DNA of 64,000 nt, from positions 124,001 to 188,000 of the IMG/VR virus record IMGVR_UViG_3300018004_000004. One strand, written 5' to 3'. A program made the position numbers and the translations under genes. Below are positions 1-8,744 of the stretch, piece by piece; positions within the stretch are counted from its first letter, which is position 1; each line of letters opens with the position of its first letter. The notes beneath the pieces were generated by a model. That model had not been told where the DNA came from. It searched no databases and saw only the letters and a program-made list of their open reading frames with translations.

Positions 1-483
1 GTCCACCAGGATTGTGTTGCCAACGACCTGTGAAATCGGCTGTGCTGCGATATTGTAACCGGCGAAGGAGAAACCTGTTACTGTAAGAGGAGCCCCATCA
101 ACCAGGTCAGCAGTCGGAGGAAATGCAGTTGTGTAGGTGATAACACCATCAGACAGAACTGCGCTAATGATGGCATTGTTCGGACCAAAACCGGATCCAG
201 AAGTTCCAACCAGAAGAGTGCCCTGAGCAGTACCGACGCGCATCAGGTAAACATTGTCGCAGTATACGGCCGCTTCAGACATCCCGCGGATTAGCGTACC
301 TTGCAGCCCGAAAAGAGTGGTTGCTGTAGCAACGCTTACAACCTGATAAGGGCTGTTTGCGGGTCCAGTCGCGGAGGTACCAAGGACCATGATGGATTGA
401 TTTGTTGGGGTGTTAACGGCGGCCAGACCACCGTCTACGGTCTGTACCTGGACACCCGGCAGATTTGCAAAAGTGAAGGACAT
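1..483 (-). CDS. Contractile tail sheath protein, N-terminal part (runs off window)
   Basis: Not in ORF track. Hand translation from ATG at 483 (RBS GGAGG): MSFTFANLPGVQVQTVDGGLAAVNTPTNQSIMVLGTSATGPANSPYQV...FGLQGTLIRGMSEAA...VYLMRVG, open to position 1. This matches the typical sheath N-terminus (PGV...LGT..GP...FG..G.L). Confidence 0.8.
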   Translation of the reverse strand, partial: MSFTFANLPGVQVQTVDGGLAAVNTPTNQSIMVLGTSATGPANSPYQVVSVATATTLFGLQGTLIRGMSEAAVYCDNVYLMRVGTAQGTLLVGTSGSGFGPNNAIISAVLSDGVITYTTAFPPTADLVDGAPLTVTGFSFAGYNIAAQPISQVVGNTILVD

Positions 484-503
484 CTTTTCCTCCGGAAGTT
501 TCT

Positions 504-1193
504 TTACGGACTAGGAATCTTGTATTCTTCAACCAGATCGATAGACTGCTCTGGGTTAGGCGGTCCGCCCACCGTGACATTAATCGACTCTAGGTTCTTA
601 CATTCGAAAGTCTCGATCAACTCAAGTCGAACGTTGTAATCCAGATGACGGAAATGAACTTCTTGCCCGTACTCTCTGGTGAACTGACATGGCCCACGTT
701 CCTCGAATGTCATGTAGTGTACGCCGCGGGCTTTGAAGAAACTAAGGTCAAAGATGTACCGCATCATCATCTTATGAAACCACTTAGTTACTTGGTCGGC
801 ACGCTCGCTTGACAGTGAATGACATACGAAGCGTACGGTCATCATCTCCCACCACGCGATCGTAATCAGCGAGTAGCCTTTCTTGGTCGGGTGCGGGCGT
901 CTTTCTCTTAGCGTCGGTCCTTTAGGGATCCGAAGCCCTTTGGGGTCTGTTGCTGCTCGAACGGACTTTTGGATACCAAAAATGATGACATCGAAACTCG
1001 TATCGAAGTTCCCCAGGTTATCCTTAGGGAACTCAGCCACAAGAATAGGTGCCTTTTGGCCTGGAGGGCCAGCGGAAGCAAGGTGCAGCTTCATAGCCTC
1101 GCCAACCGCATCGAAAAAGGTATCCCAGTCAACGGCAGGGAGTGGTGAGCGGGTCAAGTACAACGGTTGATGTGCTTCATTCGTTGGGCCCAT
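504..1193 (-). CDS. Putative tail completion/terminator-type virion protein
   Basis: About 229 aa from ATG 1193 (GGAG RBS); lies between neck genes and sheath; no diagnostic motif. Confidence 0.45.
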   Translation of the reverse strand: MGPTNEAHQPLYLTRSPLPAVDWDTFFDAVGEAMKLHLASAGPPGQKAPILVAEFPKDNLGNFDTSFDVIIFGIQKSVRAATDPKGLRIPKGPTLRERRPHPTKKGYSLITIAWWEMMTVRFVCHSLSSERADQVTKWFHKMMMRYIFDLSFFKARGVHYMTFEERGPCQFTREYGQEVHFRHLDYNVRLELIETFECKNLESINVTVGGPPNPEQSIDLVEEYKIPSP

Positions 1194-1212
1194 CGACAAA
1201 CTCCATTCCAAC

Positions 1213-1224
1213 CTGATTAGTATA
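1213..1224 (-). promoter_or_regulatory. Conserved 12-mer TATACTAATCAG (candidate phage promoter), copy 1
   Basis: Exact match, intergenic, 20 nt upstream of ATG 1193. Confidence 0.6.
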
Positions 1225-1240
1225 GTAGAATCAAGGACCT

Positions 1241-1876
1241 TTAAACAGTGACCTTCTCACAGCCTAGCTCAAAGAACTCTATGCGGCCGTTGTCTCCGTG
1301 GTGTGCTGTAAGGGTACGTATCCGCCATTCCTCAGTCCTAATCATGGCCGGATCCATCTGCCCATCCGGACCGACTTTAAGCTCGAAAAGCTTATCAGGC
1401 GCCGGGCGGGTAGGAATCGAGTAGCGTTCATAGTCCGGGACGTCGTACCAGAACATGAACGCCAGGCATCTATCGGAGTCCTGGACGCCTATAGGAGAGA
1501 TCTGACCATGCTGCTGAATCTGAGTGGCGCTGCCCAAAACCGAGCCAAAGTTCTTGGCGAAATAGACTGTCTTGATCTCCTCGGTAAAAAGGTAACCCTC
1601 ACCATTGCAGTAGACACAGTTAGGGTCCGGAGAACCATTCTGAACACCAAAAGATAGATAGCACTGGCACTTAGTGTTAGAGAGCTTGCGATAGATCGCC
1701 GGCCGGCCAACACCAGGATCCTCAAAATCACCATTCATAGTACGCGCGAACCACTCACGAAGATCGAATGCAGTCATCTCCGGATAGGCAGTATCCTCGA
1801 ATGAGCCCGAGACGGGTCTATTAGGATTCTGTTGATTGTAGCTCGGCAGACCTTTATTGATGATGATCTGTGACAT
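1241..1876 (-). CDS. Putative neck/head-closure protein with Cys cluster
   Basis: KCQC...DPNCVYCNGEGY motif typical of large-myovirus neck proteins; position in the virion operon. Confidence 0.5.
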   Translation of the reverse strand: MSQIIINKGLPSYNQQNPNRPVSGSFEDTAYPEMTAFDLREWFARTMNGDFEDPGVGRPAIYRKLSNTKCQCYLSFGVQNGSPDPNCVYCNGEGYLFTEEIKTVYFAKNFGSVLGSATQIQQHGQISPIGVQDSDRCLAFMFWYDVPDYERYSIPTRPAPDKLFELKVGPDGQMDPAMIRTEEWRIRTLTAHHGDNGRIEFFELGCEKVTV

Positions 1877-1878
1877 GG

Positions 1879-2625
1879 TTATCCATTGCCTACAAGTGTC
1901 AAGCAAATATCTGCAAGTGTAGTATCCGGTGTGACTGGGCCGTCTATTTCTAGTAGATCAGTAGCAAGAAAAGACGAATCTGAAGCCTGTGTAAACGTCG
2001 CTGTTGTCGCCGACATAGCAAAGTTAGCAGTAGCGAACGGAGCTCCATTCTTACTGAATGTATACGTAGTAGATGCAGTGGCAGCAGCAGACGCAGTACC
2101 TAAAGAAGCAGTAGCACCAGCGGGGAAATCTATCGGAATACCAAGCGGTCCGCGGAAGAGTTTCTGGCTAGCAGTTCCCAATCCCACAATGAATACAGCA
2201 AGAGGCTTAGCAGTTGGACTAACTGATCCAGTAGGACCTGTCGGTCCTGTTGGACCTGTGGCTCCGGTTGGCCCTGTGGCACCTGTTGGTCCAGTGCCTC
2301 CACTTGCACCACTTGCACCTGTGGCTCCTGTTGCCCCGGTAGCACCTGTGGCACCCGTAGCACCAGTGGCTCCTGTTGCTCCTGAAGCTCCAGATGCTCC
2401 TGAAGCGCCGGTTGCTCCTGTCGCCCCCGTTGCTCCAGTGGGCCCTGTATTACCTGTCGCTCCTGTGGCGCCAGTAGCCCCAGCCGGTCCTGTAGCTCCA
2501 GTAGGCCCAGCTACTGTAGGCACATATCCAGAGACGTTACCACTCATATCCGTCTGCCAAGTGATATTGATCTCGGTAGCTGGATGTGGAGGAGCTGGAG
2601 TTGTGCTATTTAACGTGATCGACAT
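1879..2625 (-). CDS. Collagen-like (G-X-T repeat) virion fibre/whisker protein
   Basis: About 30 GAT/GPT triplets plus a C-terminal globular domain paralogous to that of 28276..29232. Confidence 0.75.
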   Translation of the reverse strand: MSITLNSTTPAPPHPATEINITWQTDMSGNVSGYVPTVAGPTGATGPAGATGATGATGNTGPTGATGATGATGASGASGASGATGATGATGATGATGATGATGASGASGGTGPTGATGPTGATGPTGPTGPTGSVSPTAKPLAVFIVGLGTASQKLFRGPLGIPIDFPAGATASLGTASAAATASTTYTFSKNGAPFATANFAMSATTATFTQASDSSFLATDLLEIDGPVTPDTTLADICLTLVGNG

Positions 2626-2634
2626 GCTGATTCC

Positions 2635-3126
2635 TTACGTGCTTGTTAGTGGCAGCAACCAGTTTGGAAAGTTGTTATCAACTGCCATCCAGTAGTCATC
2701 TGACATAACCTGTGCATCCACAAGAACCGACTGATTATAGCCTGTGGTTGGAAGGGGAGGAACATACGCCGGAGGATTCACCTTCAGCGCAATAACGATT
2801 GTGTTCACAGGGCCTATCGCTACAATCGTAAAAGGTAGAGCCGCAACGTTGCCGGCCGCATCTGAAGTCAGAATAGGCAGTTGGACTGGAGCATAGACAG
2901 GAGTACCCGGCGTGGATTGATAAGGATCAAGCACACCTTGCCATGTACCATCCGCATTGACACCACTCTGTGCGATTGCATAGAGAGTACCCTGATTACC
3001 GGCCAGCCAATCAGAATACTGATAAACGAAGATCGTGTATGAGGACTGATTGGGTCCAGGAACTAACAGGGCGTTGGGAGTCGGATAGTTCTGGTCGATC
3101 GTGAAGACATCCGATACTTCAGCCAT
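2635..3126 (-). CDS. Hypothetical virion-associated protein
   Basis: 163-aa ORF tightly packed in the structural operon. Confidence 0.55.
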   Translation of the reverse strand: MAEVSDVFTIDQNYPTPNALLVPGPNQSSYTIFVYQYSDWLAGNQGTLYAIAQSGVNADGTWQGVLDPYQSTPGTPVYAPVQLPILTSDAAGNVAALPFTIVAIGPVNTIVIALKVNPPAYVPPLPTTGYNQSVLVDAQVMSDDYWMAVDNNFPNWLLPLTST

Positions 3127-3134
3127 TTACCACC

Positions 3135-3581
3135 TTAGTGATGCCAAGCAGCAAAAAGTGTAGCCCCGATTAGGATTAGGAACTGTATGGCTGCCAAGAT
3201 TCCTGTGTACCAGACAACCTTGTTATTCAGTTGATCGTGATCTTTTCGTAGATCTTTCAGGTCCGAATCCTTCGCCTTCTCAGTGACTGCAGTTGTGAGT
3301 TCCTTCAGATCTGAGTCTTTCGCTTTAGTCAAAGCATCCGCCTTGATTTGCACGAACTGCTCATTGAAGTACTCGATCATACCCTTATGACCTTCGCCGC
3401 CGAATAGACGATCCTTCATCGACTTGATAGATTCATCAGTACGAGCATTCGAATCTGTGACCTTCAAGACAAACTGATCCAGCTTATTCGTCAGCTCCAC
3501 AACTTGCTCAGAGCTGGCAGCATTGCGGCGATCTCCATTTCTAGGCATGTTATCTCTTAGTAGCTTGGGACTCTTGGCCAT
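3135..3581 (-). CDS. Coiled-coil protein with C-terminal transmembrane helix (lysis-accessory-like)
   Basis: C-terminal VVWYTGILAAIQFLILIGATLFAAW; internal repeat KAKDSDLK(E/D)L twice; start may be 3548. Confidence 0.55.
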   Translation of the reverse strand: MAKSPKLLRDNMPRNGDRRNAASSEQVVELTNKLDQFVLKVTDSNARTDESIKSMKDRLFGGEGHKGMIEYFNEQFVQIKADALTKAKDSDLKELTTAVTEKAKDSDLKDLRKDHDQLNNKVVWYTGILAAIQFLILIGATLFAAWHH

Positions 3582-4324
3582 GTTACGAGCACCGTAGGGC
3601 CGAAATATCTTCCAATGCGGTTACCCACCACTACTGGCGAGTAGAACTTGACTGTCTTACTGCGGCCGCCCGAAGAACTGACGCCCGTCATTGAATATGT
3701 ATTAGCACCAGGGCCTGAGTTCAACCATGTACGGCCAGGGGTATTGTCACTGTCATCATACAAACCCTTGGCGCCCATACGAGGCTTAACGTGTCCCTTG
3801 TATCCGATTGCACCACCGCTCATCAGAGCGAGTTCCCAATCCTTGACCATCTGTCCTAGATCCTTGATCTTGCCCGGGACACCACTGTCATTCGAGAAGT
3901 CTTGACGGCTAACTGAGAAGTTGGCCAGGGTCTTGCTTCCGCGGACAGCGTTCAAGTCGAACATATTCAGGATCAACTGCTTAGCTGAACTGTAAGTTAC
4001 CCAGTTGACGCGCGCCATAACGAAGTTGCGATAGTGGGTTTCTTGGAAGTCCGTGAATGGTGCATAAGAAGGAGGCACCATAGGCAGGGACCAAGTAAGA
4101 GCATCAGCGTTCTTGCTCATGTAGTAGATCATACCCGCGATCGTTAGGTCAGAGACCTTACGCAGATAGATGCCACCATTCAAGCGAACAAGATCAACCG
4201 ATGAGTAATAAGGCGTGATTCCAGATACCACCTGGAACTGCATTGGCTCTATGGTTTGTGCACCGTTCGTCAATGCGAATCCCTGGGGCAGTTGGATTGT
4301 CACAACGATATTAGGCTGGGACAC
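3557..4324 (-). CDS. Putative head-tail adaptor/connector protein
   Basis: 255 aa in neck region; adaptor-like size and position; function inferred only. Confidence 0.4.
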   Translation of the reverse strand: MSQPNIVVTIQLPQGFALTNGAQTIEPMQFQVVSGITPYYSSVDLVRLNGGIYLRKVSDLTIAGMIYYMSKNADALTWSLPMVPPSYAPFTDFQETHYRNFVMARVNWVTYSSAKQLILNMFDLNAVRGSKTLANFSVSRQDFSNDSGVPGKIKDLGQMVKDWELALMSGGAIGYKGHVKPRMGAKGLYDDSDNTPGRTWLNSGPGANTYSMTGVSSSGGRSKTVKFYSPVVVGNRIGRYFGPTVLVTWPRVPSY

Positions 4325-4709
4325 GTTTCGTCTCCAGGAGCTCTTTTAACAGCTCCACAGTTCTTGGATAGGTGAATCCTAAACGTTCTAGTATTCCCTT
4401 TTTGAAGTTACAGATTTTGCAGCAAGGAACAACATTTCCAATAGCATAACCTTGCTTATAATCTAATCGATCTAACCCGCATCCTGTTTCACCAACAGAT
4501 CCATTACAGTAATAACAGTTGCGAGAAATCAAAGCAAACCATTCGTCAAATGTGAGATTCCATTCTAACCCTCTATCCTTTGCACGATAGACAACACGAT
4601 TAAATCTAGGAAGAGGCTTTCTGGAACATCGCATCCTTTGTTCTTTACGGCGTTCGGGGTGCGCCTTCTTATACTTTGCCGAAGCTATGGCCGCTTTCGA
4701 TTGACTCAT
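4311..4709 (-). CDS. Free-standing HNH homing endonuclease
   Basis: CYYC...GLDRLD...GYAIGNVVPCCKICNFKK. Confidence 0.85.
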   Translation of the reverse strand: MSQSKAAIASAKYKKAHPERRKEQRMRCSRKPLPRFNRVVYRAKDRGLEWNLTFDEWFALISRNCYYCNGSVGETGCGLDRLDYKQGYAIGNVVPCCKICNFKKGILERLGFTYPRTVELLKELLETKRVPA

Positions 4710-5665
4710 TAGACGCTGCTCTCCGGAGGTGATGTGATAACAATGCGCTGTGTAGCGCTAACAGTCTGTTGCAGCGTGAAGCTGGCAATAGGTGTACCGT
4801 TGATACGGCTAATGTAGAGCACAGGCGGAGACACGGTATTGTCGATTCTCCATGCGCCGAACGAATAGTCGTAGATATCTTGTATGAGGCCCGACAGTGT
4901 GCCGGCAGCCAACGTACCCAACAACGTGCTTGTTGCAGCAGTGTTGTTGTTAATAGTATTGGTCTGAGCAGCGATTGTCTGTACGGTTGGGTCATTCTGA
5001 GGCGCCACATACTGAGACGACTTCATGACCGTAGCATCCTTAGCTACCGTGGAGTTCTGAGCCACCGTAGCATTCAAGGCCACTGGGCCTGTCACGTAAG
5101 AATCACCGACATGAAGCTCATCCTTCACAGTGACCAACTGATTGGAGACTGTCGTAACTACACTGACTGAACCAGTTCCAAGCGTTCCAACCACCAAGGC
5201 GCTACCCACCACAGCGACGGTGACAACACCAGTCGACGGATTAACCGTGAGGATAGGAGCATTTGTAACGTTGAAGTTACCAGTACCAGAACCTGTGGTG
5301 AATCCGCTTGTAGTAAGCAAAGCTCCTGCCACACAAGTAGCTGGAAGTGGAAGCGGGAATGTATACGAAGCAATCCCAGTCGACCAGACCGCCGCTGTTG
5401 CAGTGCCTAGCGATTGGACGTTCTTGGAAGCATAGCTATAGATCGCTATATAATCCTTTGGAGATGCATTCGGAATGGTGAAGGAGTAATAGTAAACGAA
5501 GCTGGTGCCTGTCACTAGGGTCATTGCGGCACCAGATACGATAGGAGAGCCTGGATTGAGGATATCCAAGATGGTGATCAACGGAGCGCTGGTCACACTA
5601 GTGACGCCAACCCCAGGACTGGGGATGTTCAGGATGAAGTTGTATGTATCGCCTGGATAGAACAT
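4709..5665 (-). CDS. Beta-rich virion structural protein
   Basis: 318 aa, Thr/Val/Ser/Gly-rich, in the structural operon, RBS AAGGAG. Confidence 0.55.
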   Translation of the reverse strand: MFYPGDTYNFILNIPSPGVGVTSVTSAPLITILDILNPGSPIVSGAAMTLVTGTSFVYYYSFTIPNASPKDYIAIYSYASKNVQSLGTATAAVWSTGIASYTFPLPLPATCVAGALLTTSGFTTGSGTGNFNVTNAPILTVNPSTGVVTVAVVGSALVVGTLGTGSVSVVTTVSNQLVTVKDELHVGDSYVTGPVALNATVAQNSTVAKDATVMKSSQYVAPQNDPTVQTIAAQTNTINNNTAATSTLLGTLAAGTLSGLIQDIYDYSFGAWRIDNTVSPPVLYISRINGTPIASFTLQQTVSATQRIVITSPPESSV

Positions 5666-5674
5666 GAGATCTCC

Positions 5675-6400
5675 TTACTTAACCGTGAACACGCGCGTCA
5701 GGAAGCCGGACACGTAGCCAATCAAGAACCACTTCATCTTGCCCTTGCGAGCATCAGCCTTCACCGTATCAATCTGTTGGTTGCAGGCTTTTACCTGGTC
5801 AACATTCTTTCCCTTCTCCGAAGCAACCGCATCATTGGCTGTCTTTAGATCCGCGACAGCATTGGTTGCAATCGTAGTCTCTTTGACTAGGTTGCCTTCG
5901 ACTGTCACCAGATCCTGCTTAGCTGTAGCCCCTTCTGTAATCTGTTGATCAACATCTCGAGCAGCAGGGAGGTCAAGCTTAACACCGTCTGCCAGAACTG
6001 TTGCTGTTCCCGCGCGCAGCTTGGGCTGAAGGTCGGCCGCAACCTGCGGGGCTGTCATTGTTCCGATCTTGGCGACCAGCACCTTCATCATATCATCGCG
6101 CTGTTTCATCGCCACTTGATCTGCAGCTATCTGCTGCTGATAAGCTTGTGCTTCAGCTGCATGAGCCTTCGTGTCAGAATCCAGTTTACTCTCTAGAGCC
6201 TCGGTCCTCTTATTGTCATCAGCCAGCAACTGTGCGTAGTAAACATCTTTCGCATGGTCGTGCTTAGCAATCATTGAGTCCACACCATAGACACCGCCCC
6301 ATACAAGAGCACCTACAAGGGCCAGTATCAAGAGATGTGAAAGTACCCAATGCCAAATGCTGGTGGGTTTTGTCGTGGTCGTAGCCTCTGTTGTTCCCAT
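5675..6400 (-). CDS. Spanin-like coiled-coil membrane protein
   Basis: N-terminal TM helix, long Ala/Gln/Lys coiled coil, hydrophobic C-terminus; directly after the holin and endolysin candidates. Confidence 0.55.
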   Translation of the reverse strand: MGTTEATTTTKPTSIWHWVLSHLLILALVGALVWGGVYGVDSMIAKHDHAKDVYYAQLLADDNKRTEALESKLDSDTKAHAAEAQAYQQQIAADQVAMKQRDDMMKVLVAKIGTMTAPQVAADLQPKLRAGTATVLADGVKLDLPAARDVDQQITEGATAKQDLVTVEGNLVKETTIATNAVADLKTANDAVASEKGKNVDQVKACNQQIDTVKADARKGKMKWFLIGYVSGFLTRVFTVK

Positions 6401-6402
6401 TG

Positions 6403-6621
6403 TTAACTCCCTACGTTTACGTTTGTAACGGTCTTGACATTAATGTCGTTATGCACATCGTTGGCAGTCACGAGGAGTTGGATCGCTCCGATCGCAGCCA
6501 CGAAGTTGGCTGTCAGCAAGTTCTTGAAAGCAAGGACGATAACAGCCACAGTGAAGACTGCGGCATAGAACTCAGTCGCCCCGCCAAAGAAGTTGTACAG
6601 ACTCGTCAGATTGTATTTCAT
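6403..6621 (-). CDS. Holin candidate
   Basis: 72 aa with two hydrophobic helices, between endolysin and spanin-like gene. Confidence 0.55.
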   Translation of the reverse strand: MKYNLTSLYNFFGGATEFYAAVFTVAVIVLAFKNLLTANFVAAIGAIQLLVTANDVHNDINVKTVTNVNVGS

Positions 6622-6625
6622 GGTC

Positions 6626-7141
6626 TTATCCTTGGTATTTGCTAATCAAATCGACTCGATTGTACCAGCCTTTGAGATCAACTGATTTAGCTGGGTTGGC
6701 TGCAACAACGGCATCATAGTGAGCCTTGGCTGTTTGGTCAAAACGCTGCAGGAAAGTTGCTTCATCAAGCGCATTAACAGCCGCAAGAGATATGACGCCG
6801 AAGACGCCATCTGCAGTAACACCTGCAGCTTGCTGCGCAAACTTGATACCCTGGACGATGCCATCGTTGACGCCAATCGAAAGTATCTGCGCAGCAACTC
6901 GATTAGAGGTGAGTTGATCTCCTCTGAACTTGTCCCAGTAGTTGGGTTTGTAATACGTCTTCGCCATTTGGAGCGCAGTGACGGGATCAGTCGTATAGTA
7001 ACCCGCTTCAACAAGATCGGGGTGCCAGCGGTCAAGAAGGCCGTACCGAGTAGCCCCGTCCGCATCGTGTTCAACACGACCACTAAGTGTTGAATCTTCG
7101 AGATGAATAACAAAATCAATGGCGCTAGCATAATCACTCAT
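6626..7141 (-). CDS. Endolysin, glycoside hydrolase family 108 with C-terminal PG-binding domain
   Basis: FVIHLE...DADGATRYGL N-terminus; LQQAAGV.ADG.FG..SL.A motif; C-terminal KGWYNRV. Confidence 0.8.
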   Translation of the reverse strand: MSDYASAIDFVIHLEDSTLSGRVEHDADGATRYGLLDRWHPDLVEAGYYTTDPVTALQMAKTYYKPNYWDKFRGDQLTSNRVAAQILSIGVNDGIVQGIKFAQQAAGVTADGVFGVISLAAVNALDEATFLQRFDQTAKAHYDAVVAANPAKSVDLKGWYNRVDLISKYQG

Positions 7142-8239
7142 TTACACACCTGTTACAGTTACAATGATTTTGTTGCCCTGGACGATGTACGTCGCATTGG
7201 CACCATAGTTCACCATGACATCAGGATCATTCATGATGGGTTCAACTCCGACCAGTAACTGTGAAGGATCGAAGCTGTTTACATCCACTGGAGCAGGGAA
7301 GATCAACTCGACAGTTGTCACACTGCTGACAGACGGATCATCAACTCCAACTGGCGGGCGCGGAACAACAATCACCTGGCTGGGTTGGAGATAAGATTTG
7401 GGCGGCGGGACCGGATTCTGTATAGGAGGAACCGAGAGGTTCAATGTACCTGTTGTAAATGACCATTGGTAGGAGTGAAGGAGAGGATTACCAGAGAGGT
7501 CATGAACGTAGGTGTTGGCGAGTGTAGAGTCCGATCCCACCACGAGAACTGTGTAAGTTGTACCAGGCAGCATTGGCTTGGCCGGAGTGAACGTGGCTAT
7601 AGTCTGGCCGTTATTGGCCGGCCCGCCATTCATCCAGATAGGCCCACCGTCTACTGGAACTTGGACTGCAGTCCAGGTTACGCTGCCATCGAATGTGACA
7701 CCATTCAGAGTCTTGTTCCAGTTAGGAGGGGTAGATCCAGTGGTACCTCCAACGGAGACAGTACACTTCTGGAGATTCTGATTGGGGTCGACAATGTACT
7801 GACCAAAAGAAATAGCCTGGTCTGCCTGCCACTGCGGGATGTTATTGTCCACAGTGGAAGATCCAGGTGTGGTCAACCATGCCGGCGCATAAGGCGAAGA
7901 CATACCAGGCTCAACTACAGTCTGTACGTTTCCGTTGCTGTCTACCACCTGGGCATTCAAAGCATACACCGTAAAAGGAGCCCACGGCTGGTAGGTTTTG
8001 GTAGAGAAGTTGAAACTGCCAAGGATATACCCGCGGCCTTGTGCAGGCGTCGGGTTATATTCTATGAGTTGTTGATCGGTTACGATCGAGGAGAGGTTAG
8101 GCCCAGTGAGGACAAAAGTAGCGTTATTGTACGAATCTGTATCGATCGGTTCAGAGAAAGTAACAACGATCGATGAACCCAACACAACGTCAGTTGCATT
8201 TGGTACTGGAGTAACGCTTACTATGGTCGGGTTAGGCAT
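7142..8239 (-). CDS. Ig-like (Big_5-type) domain virion protein with W-P-T-Y repeat insert
   Basis: PTIVSVTPVPNATDVVLGSSIVVTFSEPID start; ATFTPAKPMLPGTTYTV end; inserted aromatic repeat modules. Confidence 0.7.
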   Translation of the reverse strand: MPNPTIVSVTPVPNATDVVLGSSIVVTFSEPIDTDSYNNATFVLTGPNLSSIVTDQQLIEYNPTPAQGRGYILGSFNFSTKTYQPWAPFTVYALNAQVVDSNGNVQTVVEPGMSSPYAPAWLTTPGSSTVDNNIPQWQADQAISFGQYIVDPNQNLQKCTVSVGGTTGSTPPNWNKTLNGVTFDGSVTWTAVQVPVDGGPIWMNGGPANNGQTIATFTPAKPMLPGTTYTVLVVGSDSTLANTYVHDLSGNPLLHSYQWSFTTGTLNLSVPPIQNPVPPPKSYLQPSQVIVVPRPPVGVDDPSVSSVTTVELIFPAPVDVNSFDPSQLLVGVEPIMNDPDVMVNYGANATYIVQGNKIIVTVTGV

Positions 8240-8739
8240 TAGGCACTCTCAGGCTCTGGTTCCAGGTCGGTGATCGTAATCGCCGAAAGATGGGGCTGAA
8301 CCTGCTTCTTAGACTGCAGGTTCGGATAGTTGGCCAATAGGAGATGCCCTGTGTCCTGCAACTCTTTCTCGATCTGCGCTGCCTGTTCTGGCGATTCCGG
8401 GGTTAACACAACTACACCCTCATTAGTCTGAAGAGTGTAGATTTTCAAGTTGGTATCGCCAAGTTCGCCCGCGGGAGAAGCTTGGGCATTCTTGGATGTT
8501 ATGCCAGTTCCTGGCGCCAACTCAAGGAGCCGACCATCCAAGATAGCATGATGAATGGAAGCCATATCAGCTTCCGGAGGCACAATCTGCGGAGACTTAC
8601 GAAAGACTACGAAGCCTCTGCATTGGAACCTTGATAGTGGAGTCTCAGGAGAGACCGCCACAGTCTTCCCGGTGTAATCCGGGGTAACTGGAAACTCGAT
8701 GATCTTTGCCATAGGACCTCCTGGGTCGCTAGCAAGCAT
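8239..8739 (-). CDS. Hypothetical protein
   Basis: 166-aa ORF coupled to its neighbours. Confidence 0.55.
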   Translation of the reverse strand: MLASDPGGPMAKIIEFPVTPDYTGKTVAVSPETPLSRFQCRGFVVFRKSPQIVPPEADMASIHHAILDGRLLELAPGTGITSKNAQASPAGELGDTNLKIYTLQTNEGVVVLTPESPEQAAQIEKELQDTGHLLLANYPNLQSKKQVQPHLSAITITDLEPEPESA

Positions 8740-8744
8740 TCAGA

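Noticed and set aside
2220-2520. Periodic repeats here, at 28640-28880 and at 25050-25460 as possible CRISPR or iteron arrays
   Set aside because: They are degenerate codon-level repeats of collagen and Ala/Pro peptides with no repeat-spacer architecture; no CRISPR array was seen
4311-4709. HNH genes as intron-encoded ORFs splitting flanking genes
   Set aside because: Flanking ORFs have their own starts and stops and overlap the HNH ORFs directly, leaving no room for group I intron core sequence
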